From positions 83,183,810 to 83,220,399 of the forward strand of contig NC_068988.1 in NCBI RefSeq assembly GCF_001194135.2: a stretch of DNA of 36,590 bases, read 5' to 3'. A program made the position numbers and the translations under genes. Below, one piece after another: positions 11,701 through 22,003 of the stretch. The notes beneath the pieces were generated by a model. That model saw only the letters and a program-made list of their open reading frames with translations. It was not told where the DNA came from and searched no databases. The DNA is from Octopus bimaculoides (taxonomy: Eukaryota). The first letter of the stretch is position 1; each line of letters begins with the position of its first letter.

Positions 11701-12653
11701 CGGAACCTGAAAGTAAGGTTTTCATAATCATTTGATAACAGACATGTTACATAAGTTGTTCTCTTGCTTTAACCTATCATCATTCAAGCCAGTTAAAGAT
11801 TGTTGCCCCTATGTTGGGGGAGTGGGAGGAGTGCAATGTAAGCGTTGTAAATATAAATGTTTTGAGCATTGTAAATATAAGCGTTACTGCTGCAAATATA
11901 ATAGGTCAGTGTTAAAGTTAAGTAAATGAGCTGCTATTGGTTAGTCCTTACGTATAGACAGAGAGAGGTAGGTGGTTTGAAGGAATGGAGGTATGCAAGT
12001 TTTCTGGTACAGAAGTGAGGCAGAGCCCTGTCGGCATTTCTGGTATAAGAGAAGAGATTTCCAGTATTGGTGGTGGGGTTGGGCATGGGTGGGCGCATTG
12101 CAAACAAGCAATATCACGAACAAGCAATGGCCAGCATCACCACATACAGGAGATAGAGAGAGAGAGATAGCAATAAGGGACTTGAGGCCTTTTGCAAAGC
12201 AAGGATCATAGCAAAGTATGGAAACACGAGGGGTATGTATGACAATGTGAAAAGTTATTGAAAAATTTAAAGAATTATAAGCAACGTCCAGTATTGCCAC
12301 ACAGAAGAGATATAAAGTGAGATAGCAGTAAGGAACTTGAGGCCTTTAGTGAGGGGAGGATCATAGCAAAGTATGGAAACATGAGGGGTATGTAATATGA
12401 TTTGTAAAAGTTACTAAAAAATTTAAAGAATTATAAGCCACTAAAGTTATTTTAACTGAAAATACACATGTAAGCATGTTAGTATTACAAGTTAGATAAA
12501 AGAATGATGAGTGATTAAAAGCTAGAGAAATTTCCTAAACTTAGCTAGGCATTTTGTGTGGTATGATAGAATCAACATACAGCAGAGCAGGGATGTGAAA
12601 CTTCAGAGGACTGGAGGATTCTTTAAATAGTTTACAACCGGAGGACAGGAGGG

Positions 12654-12691
<38 letters not shown>

Positions 12692-12729
12692 NNNNNNNNN
12701 NNNNNNNNNNNNNNNNNNNNNNNNNNNNN

Positions 12730-12778
<49 letters not shown>

Positions 12779-14089
12779 TTAACAAAGGTACGTACCTGTA
12801 TATTTACACTTTTCTAGAAGTGACATGAAAACAATATATAAGTTTAGTTTATTGTATTTAATTCATTCTATTAAATTGCCTTAAACCATATTTTAACATC
12901 TCCTATCTATAGGTGGTTATATGTGAAGATGAAAGGTCAATCTTTTTCTTCATTTGATTTAAGAAGTGTATTATAACTTTTGTTTATATTAACTTAAACC
13001 AAATACCAGGCCAGATTCCCTGCAGTTTTTGTTCTGGCTTGAAATTTTGTGTTCAAATCCCATTGTAGCCCACTTGGGTGGTAGACTTAAGCCATTGCTC
13101 AGTGTAATATCAGCACTAGTTTTCCTGTTTGACAATAGCTTTTTCCCTCCCTCTTCTAAGCTTCAGAGACCCTATAAAGGTCATGGGCACAGCCTCCTCT
13201 TTTGAGTAACAGATAAAAGAAAAAACCCATATATTTGCACTTTTTTAAATGTATGAATGTAATTAGCACCAGCAGAATACACGGCTTATTTCAATATATT
13301 AATTAATTAACTCTGTTAATACATTTCCCTAAATCTTATCACTTCTAGTCTGGAGATGGTTATATGTATGCATGAAATGCCAGTCTTCCTTGTCCTCTTT
13401 AACATAGGAAATGTATTATAACCTCTGTCTATATTAACTAAATCTCTCAGTAACAACAATTCAACATTAGACCAGATACCTTGTGTTATTTGATTCTGCT
13501 CTTTGCATTCTCAGTTCAAATCCCATCATAGCCTACCATCTTCCATCTCCCCTTTCTCCAAGTTTCAGAGGCACTTAAAGCATCAAATGTTCTACCTTCC
13601 CTCCTAGCTAGACTGAAACTGTGTAGAAACCAGTTTGATGAATTGTACCTGTAATCCCATGGTACAGTTTTGTCACACACAATGTCACATTGATTCTGCC
13701 TGATAATTACATTAATGGTACATGTGTCTGTGGAATACTCAGTCACTTTTACATTAATTCAATGAGTAAGCAATTCAGTTGATTGAACAGTTGAATCCGT
13801 AGTATAAAACACCAATAGAGAATCATCAATTCATCCAGCTGTTTTGCATTGACCACATCACAGTATTTAATGTTACTCTGATTGGCAACTGATTTCATAT
13901 TAGAGAAGGTATATAAAAGACAGCTTCTACTTATTATAGACATGAAATTCTTACAGCCAAAGTATCTTCTATTTTACAGGTGTTGTTGGAGACTGGAAGA
14001 ATTGGTTCACAGTTTCTCAAGAGGAAAGATTCCAAGTGGAATGTGACAAATTTGACAAAACGTCCACGTTGTTTAGTACAAAGTACTAA
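8643..14089 (+). CDS. SULT: Second SULT paralog, 3' part only (exons 3-5: 8643-8746, 8940-9105, 13980-14089); exons 1-2 not in window
   Basis: Exon sizes (104/166/110) and phases match the minus copy, frame is intact, and no exon-2 homolog was found in 1-8642. Confidence 0.85.
8940..9105 (+). CDS. SULT: SULT plus copy, exon 4 (DPVSNV...GASLFRK-G)
   Basis: ORF 8946..; acceptor CTTTAG; weak donor GTCCAA. Confidence 0.88.
9385..9520 (-). mobile_element. tRNA/CORE-type SINE 5' half
   Basis: The reverse complement matches 26345-26485 (gttcagtcc B-box, gggcag..tcttctactataacc). Confidence 0.7.
9556..11690 (-). mobile_element. RTE (BovB-like) LINE, 5'-truncated and decayed, in intron 4 of the plus SULT
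   Basis: RT motifs QFGFVPG..TTDAIF, AFVDLEKAFD, ELHYADDL, LRVNLAKTK, RLHWYGHV; 3' tail next to (TA)n. Confidence 0.93.
12163..12440. repeat. Direct repeat of about 122 bp, 2 copies, period about 157
   Basis: gagatagca.taagg.acttgaggcctt...ggatcatagcaaagtatggaaaca.gaggggtatgta...aaatttaaagaattataagc occurs twice. Confidence 0.85.
13980..14089 (+). CDS. SULT: SULT plus copy, last exon (VVGDWKNWFTVSQEE...STKY*)
   Basis: Acceptor TTTTACAG, intact frame and TAA stop; 7 nt differ from the minus copy. Confidence 0.88.
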
Positions 14090-14589
14090 ATATCACTTTA
14101 ATGTTACTATGACTTTTTCATAGACATCTTTATACCACATTTGTTAGTATGCTTAATAGCTTTACTGAAATCTGAAAAAATCGCCTAATTCTTATATACC
14201 TTGAACATATAGTAATATCTACCATTTCAAATTAGTTCTATTTTCATATCATGGACAAATTCTGGGGACTGCATTTAATTCCAAAGATTTTATTTTTTGT
14301 ATAGTTTATATAGTTGGATGCCATTCCTGACACCAACTACGTTACAGCTGGCAAAAATGAGCTGTACCTGTAATTCAAAGGACCAGCCTTGTCATATTCT
14401 GTATCATGCTGAATTTTCCTGAGAACTACATTAAGGGCGCACATGTTGTGGAGTGCTCAGCCACTTGCATGCTAATTTTATGAGTAGACTATTCCTTGGA
14501 CTGGAACAGTTGTCATTATAACTGACAGTGCTATTTAATACAGGTATACGTGCACACACACACACACACAATGTTTTGATGGTTTGTAA

Positions 14590-15185
14590 TCATCATCATC
14601 ATCATCATCATCATCGTTTAACGTCCGCTTTCCATGCTAGCATGGGTTGGACGATTTGACTGAGGACTGGTGAAACCGGATGGCAACACCAGGCTCCAAT
14701 CTAATTTGGCAGAGTTTCTACAGCTGGATGCCCTTCCTAACGCCAACCACTCAGAGAGTGTAGTGGGTGCTTTTACGTGTCACCCGCACGAAAACGGCCA
14801 CGCTCAAAATGGTGTCTTNNNNNNNNNNNNNNNNNNNNNNNNNNNNNNNNNNNNNNNNNNNNNNNNNNNNNNNNNNNNNNNNNNNNNNNNNNNNNNNNNN
14901 NNNAAGAGCCAGTCCAGGGGCACTGGCAACGATCTTACTTGGCTTGCCGGGTCTTCTCACGCACAGCACATCTCCAAAGGTCTCGGTCAGTAGTCATCGC
15001 CTCGGTGAGGCCCAATGTACGAAGGTCTTGCCTCACCACCTCAGCCCAGGTCTTCCTGGGCCTACCTCTTCCACGGGTTCCCTCAACTGTTAGGGTGTGG
15101 CACTTTTTCACGCAGCTATCCTCATCCATTCTCACCACATGTCCATACCAGCGCAATCATCTCTCTTGCACACCACAACTGATGC
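14590..15185 (-). mobile_element. Young RTE 3' end (RT C-terminus plus 3'UTR with (GAT)n tail), contains a gap
   Basis: ORF 14935..15156 MRWYGHVVRM..GRGRPRKTW; (CAT)n at 14591; CpG-rich. Confidence 0.9.
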
Positions 15186-15424
15186 TTGTGGTGTGCAAGA
15201 GAGACGATATAAATAATATAATTTTAGAATTGAAAAATAAAATAATTTCAATGATTTATTGTTGAAATAATGTGATGTTTATTTTCTTTTTTTATTTGTG
15301 AACTTGAGTTTTGTTTCCTAAAAAATATTTTTTCATTCTTTTTAAGGTGATTAATTATGGATATGTAGTGACCTTACCTATGTGTGTGTGTGTGTGGGAG
15401 GTATATGTGTATATGTGTGTATTA

Positions 15425-17320
15425 TATATCATCATCATCGTTTAACATCTGTTTTCCCTGCAAGCTTGGGTTGAATGGTTTGATTGGAGCTGGTAAGGCC
15501 AGGCACTGCACCAGGCTCCATTATCTGTTCTGGCATGGTTTCTACAGCTGGATGCCCTTCCTAATGCCAACCACTCCACAGAGTGTACCAGGTACTTTTT
15601 ATGTGGCACCAGCACCAGTGCTTTTAATGTGGCACCAGTATGAGTGCTTTTTATGTGAGGCCAGCAACTGTATCAATTCTGCTGTGGTAGATGGATCTTC
15701 TTGAATACAGCAATGTACCAGATATCTCAGTCCTTTGTCATCTCCTTCATAAGGTTCTGTGTCTTGAGATTGGCCTTCAATACTTTGTCCTATGTTTTCC
15801 TGGGCATCTCTCTTCCACAAGTTTCATCAACTTTAAGTGATCAGCATTTCTGTTTGCAACTGTCTACATCCATATGCATCACATGACCAAACTAGTGCAT
15901 TTCTCTCTCTTGCACACTACAACTAATCCCTCTTATTCCCAACTTTTTCCTCAAAACACTACCCCTCTGTTGCACATGTACAGTGACATTGCACATCCAG
16001 TGGAGCATACTAGCTTCATTCCTCTCTAGCCTTGACGTGTCTTCTACATTCAGGGCCCACATCTCACTACCACGTAACAATGCTGTTTGCATACTTGCAT
16101 TATACAGTCCTCCATTCACTGAGAGAGAGAGAGAGACCTTTGGTTGCTAACTTTGATAAAAGTTCTCTGAATTTTCTCTATCCTATTCTTATTCTAGTGA
16201 TTACACTTTCTGTGCATCGTCCCCCACATCTAATTAGGTCTTCTAGGTAGCAGAAATTATTCACTACCTCTAAAGAACATCTAGGAAATTTGAGAAAATT
16301 GATTCCCTGAGTATCTGTAGTTTTTATGGCTCCTGTGCATCTTCCACATACAAACACTACCTTCTCTGATAACCTTCTTATTATTTTACTGCACTTTGTG
16401 TGTGCTCATAGCTTGCACTGAGTACACTGTATAGAATTCCTGCCTACACCTTTTCTACATATCAAGGGTCCTGTCCATTTTCTTGCTTTCTAGAATCTTA
16501 GTCTTTGTTAATTTAACCTTAAGGCCCTTTGATTCCAGGTTTTGCTTTCACATTAGGAATTTCTTTTCTAGTTCTGTTACACAACCTGCTCAAGATCATC
16601 AGCAGCCAGTCTTAAATTCTTTTATTATGGCCTGGAGGATGATGACAAATAGGAGGGGACTGAGAACCAAACCCTGAGGAATGCCTACCTGTACACTATA
16701 TTCATCACTATACTCATAGTTAACTCTCACCTTACTGTCAGAACCTTTGCACATGATGTGTATAGCTTTTACAAGCCACTTGTCTACCCCTAGCTTCCTC
16801 AGAGCTCACCATATCATACAACAGGGTACTCTGTCAAAGGTTTCCTCTAAGTCAACAACACCAAGTACAATGGTTTATTGGCCAAATACTTCTGCAGTTG
16901 TCTAATTATAACAATTGCATCAGTAGTGCTTCTTGGCTCAAAGCCAAACTGCATTTCATCTAATCTGATTCTGCTGCCTTAACTTTCATGACCTAGTCCA
17001 GCAACTTGATGTCTCTATAATTACTTCTATCTTAGGCATCTCCCTTACCCTTGTAGCAACTGACTATAATACTGCTACACCAGTAATTGGGAATGACACC
17101 TTGAATAACCTGATTAGCTATATGGGTGACCAAACTGTATCCTCCTCTGCCAGATATTTTAAGCATTTCAGTGAGGACACCCGATGGGCCAGGGATTTTC
17201 CCTGTCTTCTTATCCTTAATTGCCTTATCTATCATACTGCTGTCAACATGAATAGCTGGTCCTTCTGTTGCATTCACATATGGGAGATTCTTTCTCCCAC
17301 ATAATAACACTTTCACTCTT
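15425..17320 (-). mobile_element. Older RTE LINE, decayed, between the two SULT 3' ends
   Basis: ORFs 15892..16119 (RLERNEASML) and 17032..17316 (GPSG..EMLK..CYKGKGDA). Confidence 0.9.
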
Positions 17321-17449
17321 CTTTCTTTTTGGAATCACTGGTTGCAAGCATTCTATTATCCATATGTACATACTTCTCTTCTACAACATTTTGGTTCTCT
17401 TGACACATTGCCTAGCAACCTGGAACACCTCAAGTCTCTGATCTTCACA

Positions 17450-17494
<45 letters not shown>

Positions 17495-17602
17495 NNNNNN
17501 NNNNNNNNNNNNNNNNNNNNNNNNNNNNNNNNNNNNNNNNNNNNNNNNNNNNNNNNNNNNNNNNNNNNNNNNNNNNNNNNNNNNNNNNNNNNNNTTTTAA
17601 AA

Positions 17603-17639
<37 letters not shown>

Positions 17640-17644
<5 letters not shown>

Positions 17645-17795
17645 GGGTTCAAATTCTGCCAACATTGACTTTGCCTTTCATCCTTTCGGGGTCAGTAAAT
17701 TAAGTAGCAGCTGAGTACTGGGGTCAATGTAATCAACTTTCCCCCCTCCCCCAAATTTCAGGCCTTGTGCCTTTAGTAGAAAGGATTATTATTGT
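17640..17795 (+). mobile_element. Nin-domain-like tRNA SINE fragment
   Basis: gggttcaaattc B-box followed by gcctttcatcctttcggggtc..taaattaagta; homologous to 30710-30850. Confidence 0.65.
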
Positions 17796-17939
17796 TATTA
17801 CTAAACTAACAATTTTAAAACATATTCTACATATATAGGAATTAAGGGATTTTTCAGGTATCAATAAAAATATCAAGCATATTAACACATGCAGTATAAA
17901 AATGTCTGTGAGAAAGCCATAATAACACTAAAGTGATAT

Positions 17940-18049
17940 TTAGTACTTTGTACTAAACAACGTAGATTGCTTGTCAAATTTGTCACATTCCACTTGGAAT
18001 CTTTCATTTTGAGAAACTGTGAACCAATTCTTCCAGTCTCCAACAACAC
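17940..18049 (-). CDS. SULT: SULT minus copy, last coding exon (VVGDWKNWFTVSQNE...STKY*)
   Basis: Acceptor TTTTACAG; GDWKNWFTVSQNE motif; TAA stop. Confidence 0.92.
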
Positions 18050-19151
18050 CTGTAAAATAGAAGATACTTTGGCTGTAAGAATTTCATGTCTATAATAAGA
18101 AGCTGTCTTTTATATACCTTCTCTAATATGAAATCAGTTACATATGAGAGTAACATTAAATACTGTAATGTGATCAATACCAAAAAGTTAGATGAAGGGA
18201 TGGATGGTTCTCCACTGATTTTTATGATGTGGAAGATTTAGTTGTTTGATCAAGTTAATTACTTGCTCATTGAATTAATGTGTAAATGATTGAGTATTCC
18301 ACAGACACATCATCATTATCATAATTCTCAAGCAGAATCAATATGACATTGTGTGTGACAAGACTATATCTTGGAATTACAGGTACAATCCATCCAACTG
18401 GTTTCTATACAGTTTCAGTCTGGCTAAGAGGTAAGGCAGCACCTTTGATGCTTTAAAGGCCTCTGAAACTTGGGAGAGAGATGGAGAAAGGAAGGTAGGC
18501 CATTATGGGATTTGAACTCAAAAAGCAAAGAGTTGAAGCAAATACAAGGCATCTGATCTTGTTTAGTTATATTAGACTCATTTAATCATTTTAATGCTGA
18601 TCTGTTCTCACTGAGAGATTTAGGGAGGGTATAATACATTTTCTGGACATCACATGTTGGTTGTAAATGAGCATCAATATCATTCAAGAGATGTTGTTTC
18701 TTTCCAATCTTCCATGAAAAACATGTTTGACTATAGGAAATATTACCTTACTTGGAAACAGGTGAAGATTGGTGGTAAGAAGGGCATATGGCTATAAGGA
18801 ATCTATCTTAACAAATTCAATTTAACCCATCCGAACATGGAAAAACAATTGTTTAAATAATAATGATGATGATGATGGTGATGACGACAACAGTGATGAT
18901 GATTATTATTATTATTATTATTATTGAGTGAGAGAGCAACGCATGCCATCAAAGTGACACTAGGTTACATATATACAAAGCCCAATATACCCATCATGAC
19001 TATCTGTCTGATAAGGGTACACCAGGCACATGCATCACAACCATATATGCACGGCACGGTGATTTCATGTCAAGATAAACAACGCATAACCTTGCAGGTG
19101 GGGCCCAGTTAGAATTTTCTTCAGGTTGAGTAGCCCATCCTGCTCAAAACG

Positions 19152-19193
<42 letters not shown>

Positions 19194-21960
19194 CATCATC
19201 ATTATCATCATAATGAAAATATAAATCAAAGATTGTACCTTTACGGAGAAATGATTCACTAGGAGTTCGAAAAAATTCAGGGTGCGGAAGTTTTGCAGCC
19301 TTCATTTTGTCAAAAGTACATTTGTCAGCAATATCTTCAAAAAGTTGGTCATTTTTAGGAAGGCCTAAAAACTCAGCCACTTTAGCCACGTTGCTCACTG
19401 GATCCTAAAGTAAATTTGAAAAAAACATTACACATGCATACACTATAAACTATCAGCAAAGTAACTATTTTAGTATGGTTTTAACATATAAGTTGTAGAA
19501 ATATACATACATACATACACTATGAAACAGCAAAATAAATTTCAGTTTTGAGTAAACAAAAGATATTTCACCTTTTTAAGGTCTTCATATTTAACTATCA
19601 AAATGGGTAGTTCTGGATGGTCTTTGATATCCTTCTCCCACTGGAGCATATATTCAAACCAGTTACCGTAATTCACTGAAACAATACAACATAGATTTTC
19701 AGTGAGTGTGACTGTATGTGTACTTATTCATCTATGTGTGAGGATATNNNNNNNNNNNNNNNNNNNNNNNNNNNNNNNNNNNNNNNNNNNNNNNNNNNNN
19801 NNNNNNNNNNNNNNNNNNNNNNNNNNNNNNNNNNNNNNNNNNNNNNNNNNNNNNNNNNNNNNNNNNNNNNNNNNNNNNNNNNNNNNNNNNNNNNNNNNNN
19901 NNNNNNNNNNNNNNNNNNNNNNNNNNNNNNNNNNNNNNNNNNNNNNNNNNNNNNNNNNNNNNNNNNNNNNNNNNNNNNNNNNNNNNNNNNNNNNNNNNNN
20001 NNNNNNNNNNNNNNNNNNNNNNNNNNNNNNNNNNNNNNNNNNNNNNNNNNNNNNNNNNNNNNNNNNNNNNNNNNNNNNNNNNNNNNNNNNNNNNNNNNNN
20101 NNNNNNNNNNNNNNNNNNNNNNNNNNNNNNNNNNNNNNNNNNNNNNNNNNNNNNNNNNNNNNNNNNNNNNNNNNNNNNNNNNNNNNNNNNNNNNNNNNNN
20201 NNNNNNNNNNNNNNNNNNNNNNNNNNNNNNNNNNNNNNNNNNNNNNNNNNNNNNNNNNNNNNNNNNNNNNNNNNNNNNNNNNNNNNNNNNNNNNNNNNNN
20301 NNNNNNNNNNNNNNNNNNNNNNNNNNNNNNNNNNNNNNNNNNNNNNNNNNNNNNNNNNCGCCAGTAAGGTGACGCTGGTAACGATCACACTCAAATGGTG
20401 CTATTTACATGCCACCAGCACGGAAGCCAGACAGCTGCTCTGGCAATGATCATGCTCGGACGGTGCTGTTAGTGCTCCACTGGCACAGGTGCCAGTCATC
20501 GAATTTGGTTCAGTATTTCTGTGTATTTGCCTGTTAGTGTACAAGTTAATCTGTTTCTGTATGAATATATTATCTGTGCCTGTATGTCTTTATATTTTGC
20601 CTCTTCTTTTTAAATTTTGCCAACCCTTTATTCCTATTCTATATAAACTGACTTTGCTTTACTTTGAGAAAATACTTAAGCATTGAAACCATTTTACCAT
20701 TGTCAAGTATTTATTTATTTATATAAATTTTATTCACTCACTCTTTCTTGTATTGAGCCTGTTTCTTTTGGTTATTGTCTTCTCAGATATAATTCATAAA
20801 CCAATCATTATAATTCATTCACTCCTTTCTCAAACGTGTCCTTTTAACTATATCTCAAATATGCAGAAACAATATTTAGACATTTCCAGGAAGAATAATG
20901 CCATTCCAAATGGACAAGTTTATCACAGAAAGACACTGACTTCATTAAACATTAAACAAATTAAATGATGAAACTACATCCTGTAAACTCTTTTCAGAAA
21001 CGAAACTTTAAGGATGAGTTATATAAGTTAGTTTAATGCATTATATGGGGGGAAACAGTCTTTTCCACCAAGATCTACACAAGACCAAAGATATATAGAA
21101 TTCTAAGGCGATTCATATTCATTCAAATAAAACAGTTAATTATTGCCATCTTGATTTTTAAAAATCATACCATCCATTTATCTGTGATACATTAACTAAA
21201 GATCACAAAAAACTAGACTAGAACTTAATAAATTTGACAGGATCAACTACCAGAACATAAAAAGAACAACCAAACTACATGTTAGAAACCATACCTAACT
21301 CTTGGTTATAAATTGATATGTCATAAAACTCATTTTAACAAAAACCCTTCTATTTGCCTGATTAACTCTTCTAAATATATTATTTGTCACCTTCACAAGA
21401 TTATATTAGACAGGATTCTCAAAACCTTCAACTGAAACTTTGGGAAAATATCCAGGCTGTAATTCACTGTTTTAACTTTTTCCTTCATAAAAACTGTATT
21501 ACATTCATTCGGTTTAATGTATATAAGCACTATATCTCAATTCAAGCTGTGTTATGCAATAAAACTATGGAATTTGTAAAATCCTTTTTCACATATTTAA
21601 CTGTCAAATACTGATATTATTTTATTAACTACAAAAACAGTAATTAACTTGGAATATTTTCTTTGGGTTAGAAAAGCTTCTCAAATGCCTTTGAACATTA
21701 GCATAAGAGTTACTGATTTAGCAGGGCGTCTAGATATTGTGGGGGGGGGGCGACCTGCTAGGAAGGATATGTAGCACTCAATACAGGACCCCACCAACTC
21801 CCAGAAATCTTGGCATTAAGAGGCTATCTTTCAATATACAAAGGTATCTTGACTTAAAAAATGGATTCTCTTTTATGCTAGCCACTTTAGAGACACCAAA
21901 TAATTCAATGTAGTTGATGGAAAAGGGAATCAACAGAACACTCCTGAAAATGTATGTATA

Positions 21961-22003
<43 letters not shown>

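Noticed and set aside
11941-12300. 119-aa minus-strand ORF and overlapping plus-strand ORFs
   Set aside because: Low-complexity or TE-derived composition with no domain signature.
8643-19675. The two SULT copies being alleles (uncollapsed haplotypes)
   Set aside because: Intron and UTR divergence of about 20-30% and different TE content are too great for alleles; orientation still depends on scaffolding across gaps.
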